A stretch of DNA of 48,246 nucleotides from Candidatus Dojkabacteria bacterium (GTDB taxonomy: Archaea > Nanobdellota > Nanobdellia > Pacearchaeales > GW2011-AR1). The first letter of the stretch is position 1; the number at the start of each line of letters is the position of its first letter. The translations under genes were made by a program, and so were the position numbers. Shown here piece after piece: positions 34,827 through 43,388 of this stretch. The stretch lies in contig JAFCCB010000001.1 in assembly GCA_017610445.1 (NCBI GenBank), positions 1 to 48,246 on the forward strand, read 5' to 3'. The notes under the pieces are model-generated. The model worked only from the letters and a program-made list of their open reading frames with translations, ran no database searches and was not told the DNA's origin.

Positions 34827-36401
34827 ATGCCAAACAAAGTCCTCACAACCATAAAGCCAAGAAAATATCAACAGGAAATTTATGAAAACTGCAAAAATAA
34901 AAACTGCCTTGTAGTTCTTCCAACAGGAATAGGAAAAACTCTTATTGCTTTAATGCTCACAATCAACAGACAAAAAACTTGCCCAGGAACAAAATCCCTT
35001 TTCTTAGCTCCAACTCGCCCGTTAGCAGAACAGCATCTTGATTATTTTCAAAAATATTTGCCAGAATTATTTGCACAACTGACACTTTTCACAGGAAAAA
35101 TCCCTGCAAACAAAAGAAAACAATTATGGGAAACATCAGACATAATATTTTCAACACCCCAATGCATAAGTAATGATTTAAAAAACAATCTCTATAATCT
35201 AAATGAGGTAAACTTACTTATAGAAGATGAATGCCACAGATGCCTAAAGAACTATGCTTATACTTATGTTGCCCAGCAATATAAAGAACAGGCAGAAAAT
35301 CCAAGAATTTTAGGATTAACAGCAAGCCCTGGAACAGACAAAAAAACAATAAACCAAATAGCTGAAAATCTTGGTATTGAATCAATTGAATTAAGAACAA
35401 GAGAGTCTGATGATGTTAAAGAATATTTGCAGGATTTAGAATTCAAAGTAATCAAACTTGAATTTCCAGAAGAATTTAAAGAAATAACAAAACTAATTAA
35501 AAATTTATATGAAAAGAAAGTAAAAGAATTAAAAAATAGAAAACTCATTTTCAGACCTGCAAATAAAATCAGTCTTTTAGAAGTACAGGGAAGAATTATG
35601 AAGGCAATTTCATCAGGAAATAAAAATTTCAATTATTTTGCAGGAGCAAGTGCTTGTGCACAGGCAATAAAACTTTCTCATTTAATAGAACTTTTACAAA
35701 CCCAAACTCTGCACACTTCATTAGAATATATGAAATCAATTTTTGACCAAGCAAACAAAAACAAATCAAAAGCAGCAAAACAAATTGCAAAAAATCCTAA
35801 TTTTAATCAAGTTTATATAAAAACCCAAGAACTTATTGCAAAAAATATTGAACATCCAAAACTATTAGAACTAAAATCAATCATAGAAGATTTAATCAAA
35901 AAAAATCCTAAAAACAAAACTATTGTCTTTTCACAATACCGGGGCACTGTCTCAAAAATCTGTTATGAATTAAATCAAATCCTAAATATCAATGCAAAAG
36001 TTTTTGTTGGACAGGCAAAAAAAGCAGAAGGAGGCCTTTCTCAAAAACAACAGCAGGAAATTATGAATGAATTCCGGCAAGGAAAAACCAACATAATCTG
36101 CGCAACATCAATTGGAGAAGAAGGTTTAGATATCCCAGAAGTAAATTCTGTAGTCTTTTATGAACCAATCCCGTCTGCAATTCGTTCAATTCAGCGTCGG
36201 GGGCGAACCGCCCGTCTTATAAAAGGAAAACTAATAATTCTTCTAACAAAAGAAACCCTCGATGAAATTTTTTATTATGCATCCATAGCAAAAGAAAAAA
36301 GAATGTATCGTGCAATTGGCAGTATAAAAAGAGATTTAGATGATAGAAAGTCTCTAGAAATAAAGAAAAAAGAAAATCAACAAACCCTTTTCAAATCTTA
36401 A
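34827..36401 (+). CDS. Hef/FANCM-like SF2 helicase (helicase part only)
   Basis: PRKYQ, LPTGIGKT, DECH, GLTASPG, ATSIGEEGLDIP, QRRGRTAR. Confidence 0.92.
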   Translation: MPNKVLTTIKPRKYQQEIYENCKNKNCLVVLPTGIGKTLIALMLTINRQKTCPGTKSLFLAPTRPLAEQHLDYFQKYLPELFAQLTLFTGKIPANKRKQLWETSDIIFSTPQCISNDLKNNLYNLNEVNLLIEDECHRCLKNYAYTYVAQQYKEQAENPRILGLTASPGTDKKTINQIAENLGIESIELRTRESDDVKEYLQDLEFKVIKLEFPEEFKEITKLIKNLYEKKVKELKNRKLIFRPANKISLLEVQGRIMKAISSGNKNFNYFAGASACAQAIKLSHLIELLQTQTLHTSLEYMKSIFDQANKNKSKAAKQIAKNPNFNQVYIKTQELIAKNIEHPKLLELKSIIEDLIKKNPKNKTIVFSQYRGTVSKICYELNQILNINAKVFVGQAKKAEGGLSQKQQQEIMNEFRQGKTNIICATSIGEEGLDIPEVNSVVFYEPIPSAIRSIQRRGRTARLIKGKLIILLTKETLDEIFYYASIAKEKRMYRAIGSIKRDLDDRKSLEIKKKENQQTLFKS

Positions 36402-36569
36402 TTTCCTTTTCTCAAAAACTTTAAATATTAAACATTAACAATAATAATTAATGATATATAACATATTCAAAAACCTAAAAAAGAGCAGAAAACTTATTTT
36501 AAATTTATGGGGAAATTAGGAGAATAAAACCAAAACCCTTAAAAACTCAAATGTATTAATTAATACATT

Positions 36570-36860
36570 ATGATACTAAAGACAAAAAACAAAAAACTCT
36601 TTGAGGCAAGTTCCCCAAGATTAAATACTGTCCTAATGACAGAAGAATTTATTGAGAAAAACAGCGGGAAATATACCCAGATAGAATTATTTAGAAATTT
36701 ACCTAAAAAAATGATGTGGAGAACATTTAAAATAATTCTCTATTACTTAGAAAACTTGCATAAAATTATCATAAATAAAGACGGAACAATTACTTGGATA
36801 TGGAATCCAGTTCTTATAGAAAAATACCTAAAAAATAAAAATTTAGATGTAAAAATTTAA
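36570..36860 (+). CDS. Winged-helix protein, probable antitoxin or regulator
   Basis: SPRLNTVLM.E...KKMMWRTFKIILYYL...WIWNP; 1 nt from the RelE-like gene. Confidence 0.65.
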   Translation: MILKTKNKKLFEASSPRLNTVLMTEEFIEKNSGKYTQIELFRNLPKKMMWRTFKIILYYLENLHKIIINKDGTITWIWNPVLIEKYLKNKNLDVKI

Positions 36861-36861
36861 A

Positions 36862-37179
36862 ATGACTATTCTCAAATATGCTGATGAAAAAATAAAAAAA
36901 GATTTGGAAAAATTAAAACAAAGAGATCCCAACTTTTATGAACATATTTCAAATGCTTTAAGAAATATACAAGAAGACCCTGTTTGCGGAATTAAAATCT
37001 TACAAAAACTTATCCCAAAAGAATGGATTAAAAGATTTGGGATAAATAACCTCTACAAATATAATCTCCCAAATGGATGGAGATTATTTTACAGCCTAAT
37101 AGGTAATAAAATTGAAGTTATTGGAATTATTTTAAGATTTATGAATCACAAAGAATATGAAAGAATTTTTCATTACTAA
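36862..37179 (+). CDS. RelE/ParE-like toxin
   Basis: KKDLEKL...NLYKYNLPNGWRLFYSL...HKEYERIFHY. Confidence 0.68.
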   Translation: MTILKYADEKIKKDLEKLKQRDPNFYEHISNALRNIQEDPVCGIKILQKLIPKEWIKRFGINNLYKYNLPNGWRLFYSLIGNKIEVIGIILRFMNHKEYERIFHY

Positions 37180-37184
37180 TAATC

Positions 37185-37859
37185 ATGCCCTTCCTAAACC
37201 CATTCAAATCATCAAGAAAAACCAAATCAAAACCCCTTCCAACTATAATCGCAGATGTCCATGAAAAAAATTCTTTAGTAATTTCAGAATTAAAATCAAA
37301 CAATCAAATAAATACAGAAATAAAATCATTAAAAATAGGTGACTATCTTATTAACAAAACAATAATTGAAAGAAAAACCATAAATGATTTTATTTCTTCT
37401 ATGTTAAGTAAAAGATTAATTACTCAATTAAAAAATATGCAAAAATACCCTCAACAAATCCTAATAATCGAAGGAGATTTATCATCTGCATTATTTAAAA
37501 CAAAAACTAAACTAAATCCGAATGCAATAAGAGGATTTATTCTCTCAATAATAAATAATTATCAAATCCCGATAATCATGACTCAGAATTACAAAGACAC
37601 TGCACAATATCTCATAACCTTTGCAAAACAACAATTAAAAAAACCAATTCAACAATCTCTTCATTCAAGAATCCCAAAAACAATTCCAGAACAAAAACAA
37701 TATGTTTTAGAGGCATTTCCAAATATTGGTCCGGCCACAGCAAAAAAATTACTCAAAAAATTTAAAACATTAAGTAATGTTTTAAATGCAACAACAGAAG
37801 AATTAGCAGATGTTTTAAAAAATAAAGCTCTTGATTTTAAAAAGCTTTTAGATTTTTAA
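37185..37859 (+). CDS. ERCC4/XPF nuclease with HhH domain (C-terminal part of Hef)
   Basis: GDY...IERKTINDF, IIEG, FPNIGPATAKKLL. Confidence 0.9.
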   Translation: MPFLNPFKSSRKTKSKPLPTIIADVHEKNSLVISELKSNNQINTEIKSLKIGDYLINKTIIERKTINDFISSMLSKRLITQLKNMQKYPQQILIIEGDLSSALFKTKTKLNPNAIRGFILSIINNYQIPIIMTQNYKDTAQYLITFAKQQLKKPIQQSLHSRIPKTIPEQKQYVLEAFPNIGPATAKKLLKKFKTLSNVLNATTEELADVLKNKALDFKKLLDF

Positions 37860-37868
37860 GAACTAATT

Positions 37869-38099
37869 TTAACTTAAATATTTACTTATATTAAATCTAT
37901 AAGAACCCTCAGGAGGACATTGTTTAGGGGTATACACAAAAACATCAACTTTTGGAATTAAATCAAAAACTACTTTTTGTCTTTGATTTTCGGTACCTCC
38001 CTCAATAACAATACCACAAGTTCTTTTCTTAGAATAAAAATTATCAATAACAGAGGCAATTATTTTTTCAAGAACTTCTTGTTTTAATACATCATCCAT
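37869..38099 (-). CDS. Hypothetical protein
   Basis: 76-aa ORF with TTTATATA upstream. Confidence 0.55.
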   Translation of the reverse strand: MDDVLKQEVLEKIIASVIDNFYSKKRTCGIVIEGGTENQRQKVVFDLIPKVDVFVYTPKQCPPEGSYRFNISKYLS

Positions 38100-38136
38100 T
38101 AAAATAACAAAAGACTATCTAGATATATAAATAAAA

Positions 38137-38688
38137 TTATAACGCAGAATACCCTTCCAAATCTTCATAAACAGGTCCTGTCTCAAATAATTCGCTTTTC
38201 TTTAAAAAAAATTTATCTACTTTAAATCCAATCTTAGGAACTTTAATCTTTTTAATATATTCTAAAAACCCTTGTCTGTCATAAACTTTTTTTATCCTCG
38301 CAATAGTAATATGACTCATAAATCTTTTTTCAGGTTCAAACAAACCAGCAAGTTTTTCATCAATCTGTTTTCGTAAATCTCTAACACCTTTGCCTAATAT
38401 CTCAATCCAGACTACACAAAAATAATTTTCATATTTGCTTGAAAAAACTCCAATATTCCCAAGACTTATTTCAAAATCATTAAACTTTATCTCCCTCAAT
38501 TTATTCTTAACCTCATTAACCTTCTCTTCATCAATCTCCCCTAAAAATTTCAAAGTCAAATGTAAATTTCCTGGTTCTGTAAACTTCCCATTAAATAAAT
38601 TTTTCTTCTTAATTAATCCCTGAATACTTTTAATTTCATCAATAACATCACAAGGCAAATCAAGAGCAATAAAACATCTCTTCATCAT
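38137..38688 (-). CDS. thpR: RNA 2',3'-cyclic phosphodiesterase (2H family)
   Basis: RCFIA, HLTLKFLGE and HITIAR motifs. Confidence 0.92.
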   Translation of the reverse strand: MMKRCFIALDLPCDVIDEIKSIQGLIKKKNLFNGKFTEPGNLHLTLKFLGEIDEEKVNEVKNKLREIKFNDFEISLGNIGVFSSKYENYFCVVWIEILGKGVRDLRKQIDEKLAGLFEPEKRFMSHITIARIKKVYDRQGFLEYIKKIKVPKIGFKVDKFFLKKSELFETGPVYEDLEGYSAL

Positions 38689-39095
38689 TTTAAACTCCTA
38701 AAAAAAACATCTACTATTATCTGCATTATAAAAGCAAGGATAGTTAAAATAAATAAAATAAAGAAATTCCATTTAAGCTTAGAGACTAATATAGAATCTA
38801 ATAAAGTTTTGATTCTATCTCTATCTTCCCTGCTTAACTCCCTATTATTTAATTTTTCTCTCAATTGATTATTTATTATAATCTTTCTTCTTTTATCCTC
38901 AATATATAAACGATAACCATAAAAAAACAAGTAAGAGAAAATTGCAGTATACCAAGCAATGCTTGCAAATAAATAGTTTATTTTATTTAATAATAAAATC
39001 ATTCTGAATCCTAATGCCCCTATTAATCCTAAAACAAAAAATATTAAAGAGAAAAAATTACTTTTCTTTCCTGTAATACCCTGATAGTTTTCCAT
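38685..39095 (-). CDS. Three-TM membrane protein
   Basis: Hydrophobic segments; overlaps the thpR start. Confidence 0.7.
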   Translation of the reverse strand: MENYQGITGKKSNFFSLIFFVLGLIGALGFRMILLLNKINYLFASIAWYTAIFSYLFFYGYRLYIEDKRRKIIINNQLREKLNNRELSREDRDRIKTLLDSILVSKLKWNFFILFILTILAFIMQIIVDVFFRSLK

Positions 39096-39176
39096 TTTTC
39101 ACACTAATTAAAATCAAAACTTATTTAAATAGCTTTTTCTTTCTATAAATACCAATCTAAAAATTAGAAAAAGGAG

Positions 39177-39542
39177 GTGAAAATGGCAAAGAAAAATAAT
39201 TTAGGAACTGTTGGTAAATGGGCTTTTATTATAGGTTTATTATTGGCAGTAATTGCTGGTCTAATACAAGGATTTTATACCATCCCTTATTTAGCATTAA
39301 TTCTTGTTATACTTGGTTTAATAGTTGGTTTCTTAAACATAGCTGAAAAAGATACTGTTAAGCTATTAGTGGCAATTATTGCACTAATGGGAGTTGGAAC
39401 AGCAGCTGTTATGGTTATTGGAGACGTGATAACTTCAATTAATTCAATACTTATCTCTTTAGTTGAAAATATAGTTATGTTTGCAGGAGCAGCTGGTTTA
39501 GTTGTTGCAGTAAAAGCTATTTACGAAACAGGTAAAAGATAA
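39177..39542 (+). CDS. Four-TM membrane protein (start probably 39183)
   Basis: GKWAFIIG...LGLIVGFLNI; strong AGGAGGTGA SD. Confidence 0.78.
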   Translation: MKMAKKNNLGTVGKWAFIIGLLLAVIAGLIQGFYTIPYLALILVILGLIVGFLNIAEKDTVKLLVAIIALMGVGTAAVMVIGDVITSINSILISLVENIVMFAGAAGLVVAVKAIYETGKR

Positions 39543-39638
39543 ATTTCCTTTTCCTTAAAAAATTTTTATTTTTTTTATTTTTTCAAACAAAACATATTTA
39601 AACAAGTTTTTCTTGATATTAATAAGAAAGGAGGTAAA

Positions 39639-39797
39639 ATGGCAAAACTAACTGCATGGTTTGCAACTATAATAGCTATTTTATTGATATTGCCTTTAAT
39701 CAAGGTTGATATTGGTACAACATTAAATAGCTGGTTAATTGCATTATCAGTATTAGCAATTGGAATAGGCAAACTAATAAGAAATTACAAAAAATAA
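39639..39797 (+). CDS. 52-aa two-TM small protein (not in ORF track)
   Basis: MAKLTAWFATIIAILLILPLIKVDIGTTLNSWLIALSVLAIGIGKLIRNYKK*; SD AAAGGAGGT. Confidence 0.75.
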   Translation: MAKLTAWFATIIAILLILPLIKVDIGTTLNSWLIALSVLAIGIGKLIRNYKK

Positions 39798-39844
39798 TTT
39801 TTTAATTTTCTTTTTTATTATGCTATTTCAAAATTTCTGATTTT

Positions 39845-41044
39845 TTATTCAGGAACTAATGTAACAAAAGAATATCCTTTTAATAAAGATAATTCTCTAA
39901 CCTTTCCTAATTTAACTGAATTTATTCTATCCTCATATTTATAATAATTTTCTGCATTCCCTCCAATCTCTTCCTGTAACAGCTCAACCATTGTAGAATC
40001 ACATTTTTCCTTGCTTATCTGTTTCAGTCCAATCAATCTTTCTTTAGCCTCATTAAAATCACTTTTCTGTAAATCTTTCATTTTCTTAATTTCTTTTAAA
40101 ATAATCTTTTTAATCTCCTTAACTTTTTCTTTAACACTGCCTGCATAAATCATTTCATAAGCATAATCTTTAGATTGCTCTAAACTGCTTTTAATTGCAT
40201 AACACAACCCTCTTTTTTCTCTGACTTCCTGAAACAATCTGCTGCTCATCCCCCCACCTAAAATACTATCAAAAATTTCAATAGCATACCTGTTTTTATC
40301 AATTAATTTAGGAACATGAAAACCCAAAACCGAATGTGCTTGGTCAATCCCTTTTCTTTTTTCAATCACCTGCCCGTTCTTAAAAATAATCGGAATAAAA
40401 TTTATTTTTTTCCCAGTCCTTGGAAATTTCCTTGCTTCATCCAAAACATCACCCCAATCTGCATCGCCAACCACTGCAAAAATCATATTATTAGTGGAAT
40501 AAATTGAATTAAACAGATTAATAATTTTCTTTCTTGACAAACCAACAACAGTTTTCGCAGTCCCTGCAATTGACATATTAAAAGGTTTCTCATACAGCAT
40601 TTCTTTTATTTTTTCCAGCACATGGGTTGAAGGATTATCATGAAACATTTTAATCTCTTCTAAAACAACTTTTCTTTCTCTTTCCAAAGCTTTTGCTTCA
40701 AACAAAGGATTTAAAATTAAATCTCTGCTAATCTCTGCACCAAGAGAAAAATATTTGCTCGGAAGTTTATTCCAATAACCAGTAACCTCCTCTCCAGTAA
40801 ATGCATTGATAATCCCCCCCTTACTTTCAATTTCCCGAGGAATTTCAGCAACTGTTCTGTTTTTAGTTCCCTTAAAAACTAAATGTTCAATAAAATGAGA
40901 AACCCCTTTTATGCTCTCATTTTCATATTGAGCTCCAAATTTCACACTGCTAACAACAGACACAACCGGAATTTTCCTTTTTTCAAAAATAACAGTCAGC
41001 CCATTATCTAATTTTTTTCTATGAAATTCAGCTCCTTTTGCCAT
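39845..41044 (-). CDS. M16 family (pitrilysin-like) zinc peptidase; likely start MAKGAE at 41044
   Basis: GVSHFIEHLVFKGT, INAFT, ERKVVLEE, SSRLFQEVREKRGLCY. Confidence 0.93.
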   Translation of the reverse strand: MAKGAEFHRKKLDNGLTVIFEKRKIPVVSVVSSVKFGAQYENESIKGVSHFIEHLVFKGTKNRTVAEIPREIESKGGIINAFTGEEVTGYWNKLPSKYFSLGAEISRDLILNPLFEAKALERERKVVLEEIKMFHDNPSTHVLEKIKEMLYEKPFNMSIAGTAKTVVGLSRKKIINLFNSIYSTNNMIFAVVGDADWGDVLDEARKFPRTGKKINFIPIIFKNGQVIEKRKGIDQAHSVLGFHVPKLIDKNRYAIEIFDSILGGGMSSRLFQEVREKRGLCYAIKSSLEQSKDYAYEMIYAGSVKEKVKEIKKIILKEIKKMKDLQKSDFNEAKERLIGLKQISKEKCDSTMVELLQEEIGGNAENYYKYEDRINSVKLGKVRELSLLKGYSFVTLVPE

Positions 41045-41174
41045 TTTATTAATATTTTTTAATAATCTTCCAAACAAAGATTGTTATGAATAATTAAATC
41101 CCTCTCATAACTCTTGTTTTGATAAGATATCAATTAATTATCACTATGAAGAAAAATTGCTTAATAAAGTTATC

Positions 41175-41579
41175 TTAAAACATTATTTCAATAATTTCTT
41201 TTGTAGATAAAACTTTAATCTTCTCTTGATTTTTTAAAATTCTATCATTACTCCACAAAAAACAAGAATGCTTAAAACATAATGCAAAAAATTCAGAATC
41301 ATTTTTATCAGGAGAAATCTTAATAGATTTTTTAATAAAATTATCATAACTTTTCTTTTTTACAAAATCAATTAATAATTTTAATTTTTTAAGTTCATTA
41401 ATAAAATTAATTCCAGAAATTCCAGTTTTTTTAATAATCTCATTTTTATAATTTTTAATTTCCTTTAAAGCAATTTCAGGAGACATTAATTCTAAATTAG
41501 TAGTAATTAAAAGTTTTTTAGTTAAAGAATTTTCCCAGAAAAAACTAAACAAAATATTTGTGTCAACAACACATTTCAT
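41175..41579 (-). CDS. PIN-domain toxin (VapC-like)
   Basis: VVDTNIL, SPDKND, LWSND. Confidence 0.88.
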   Translation of the reverse strand: MKCVVDTNILFSFFWENSLTKKLLITTNLELMSPEIALKEIKNYKNEIIKKTGISGINFINELKKLKLLIDFVKKKSYDNFIKKSIKISPDKNDSEFFALCFKHSCFLWSNDRILKNQEKIKVLSTKEIIEIMF

Positions 41580-41806
41580 CTTTTACTTTTTCTCCCCTCT
41601 CTAATCATTCGAACAGCCCAATCATTAAATTCATTTTCATTTTCTAATTGCAAAAGTAATCTTTTTTTTAATTCAAGTTGTTTTGCTTTTTCACTTATTG
41701 TTTTTCTAACTAATCCAGACCAATTAATCTCTGGAAATTGATTCATTAAATCTTTTATTTGTTCTGGAATTGAAAGAGTTATGCTTACCATTTTGTGTAA
41801 AAACAT
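41576..41806 (-). CDS. RHH-type antitoxin
   Basis: MVSITLSIP...FPEINWSGLVRKTI; 4-nt overlap with the PIN gene. Confidence 0.82.
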   Translation of the reverse strand: MFLHKMVSITLSIPEQIKDLMNQFPEINWSGLVRKTISEKAKQLELKKRLLLQLENENEFNDWAVRMIREGRKSKR

Positions 41807-41836
41807 AATTACGTTGAAATATTTAAATGTTTCGGT

Positions 41837-42550
41837 TTATTTCCCAAATCTTCTGTGTCTTTGTTTAAATTCATTAATGCAATTAATTAAATCTTGTTTT
41901 TCAAATTCAGGCCACATTTTATCAAGAAAAATCCATTCAGAATAAATAGATTGCCATGGAAGAAAATTACTTGTCCTTCTTTCGCCCCCTGTCCTTATTA
42001 TTAAATCAGGCTCACTCTCAAGCCATAAATTTTTCTGAAAATTTCTTTCATTAATTTCCTCCCTGCTATTTACTAATTTTTTTACTGCTTCAATAATTTC
42101 TTCTCTTCCTCCATAACCCAAAGCAAAATTAATAATATAATCAGAATAATTCTCAGTCATTTCTTCTAATTCTTTAATAATCTTTTGAAGCTCTTTATCA
42201 AATAACTTTGTTTTGCCTATAAATCTTATTTTTATTTTATTTTCATGAATTCTTTTGTCTTTTTTTAATCTTAAGAATTCTTTTTTAAAAAGTTTCATTA
42301 AAAAATCAAATTCTTTTTTAGGACGATTAAAATTCTCCAAAGAAAAACAATACAAAGTAAATTCCTTAATCCCCATTTCTTGTAGCCATCCTAATATCTT
42401 TTCTATTTTCTCAGCTCCTAATTCATGCCCTTTCCAGGGTTGTAGCATTAATTTTTTTGCAAATCTTCGGTTACCATCAAGAATAATCCCTATATGTTTG
42501 AGAGTATTTTCTTGATTGTTTTTTAGTTTTTTTAATTGTTGTTTACTCAT
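41837..42550 (-). CDS. uppS: cis-prenyltransferase (undecaprenyl diphosphate synthase family)
   Basis: HIGIILDGNRR, FSLENFNRP, YGGREEI, DLIIRTGGERRTSNFL. Confidence 0.95.
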   Translation of the reverse strand: MSKQQLKKLKNNQENTLKHIGIILDGNRRFAKKLMLQPWKGHELGAEKIEKILGWLQEMGIKEFTLYCFSLENFNRPKKEFDFLMKLFKKEFLRLKKDKRIHENKIKIRFIGKTKLFDKELQKIIKELEEMTENYSDYIINFALGYGGREEIIEAVKKLVNSREEINERNFQKNLWLESEPDLIIRTGGERRTSNFLPWQSIYSEWIFLDKMWPEFEKQDLINCINEFKQRHRRFGK

Positions 42551-42646
42551 TTTATTAATTTTCTTTTATTATCTTTAATTATAATTATCGATTTTTAAAT
42601 CTTATAAATCATTAATTTTATAGTTTATAAATTTTAAGAAGTTTGA

Positions 42647-43321
42647 TTATTCTATTTTTCTAATATCAATCCAGCATCTATACTCTCCTTCACTTTCTAT
42701 TTTATATTTAATTTTAATATCTTTTTTAAATTCAGGCATTTCAAGCACAGCACTTTCTGCTTCTCCTCCTTCAAAATCAATTCTAAATCTAAACTTCTCG
42801 CTTAATCTCTTCAGCTCAAAAAGCTTTTTCTCGTCGATAACAACCCCTAACCATTCTTTTCCCAAACCTTCACAAGCAATCTTAGTCAAAATAACTTTAA
42901 ACCCCAAACCCAACAACTTCTTCCAAACATCCTCACTTTTATAATTCCATAAAGGAGCATAAAACTTTAAATTTAAATCATCACAAATCTTTTTTATTCT
43001 TTTCCCCTGATATGAACTTGCAATCCCTCCAATAACAATAACCTCAATCTCATCTTTGATTTGTTCAATTAATTTTTTCAAATCCCCTAATTCTCTGCCT
43101 TCTTCTCCTTTACTCCCCATAACAACCAATTCTAAATTTAACATCTCTGCCTGCTTACCCAACAATCTTAAATCAGGTTTATGAAACATAAAACTATCAA
43201 AATTCTCAGGAATAACAGAAAGCAAATATCTAACATCATAATTATTTTCCAAAACCAGATGTAAAGCTAAGCATGAATCTTTCCCGCCTGAAAATAAAAC
43301 TGCTGCCCTTTGTTTTTCCAT
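42647..43321 (-). CDS. dph6: Diphthine-ammonia ligase (PP-loop)
   Basis: LFSGGKDS, SFMFH, APLW, EGGEAES. Confidence 0.88.
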   Translation of the reverse strand: MEKQRAAVLFSGGKDSCLALHLVLENNYDVRYLLSVIPENFDSFMFHKPDLRLLGKQAEMLNLELVVMGSKGEEGRELGDLKKLIEQIKDEIEVIVIGGIASSYQGKRIKKICDDLNLKFYAPLWNYKSEDVWKKLLGLGFKVILTKIACEGLGKEWLGVVIDEKKLFELKRLSEKFRFRIDFEGGEAESAVLEMPEFKKDIKIKYKIESEGEYRCWIDIRKIE

Positions 43322-43388
43322 TTTATTAAAAATTATTTTAATACTTAATCACATTAATTATCATTTAAATACCTAACTAAAAACTAAC

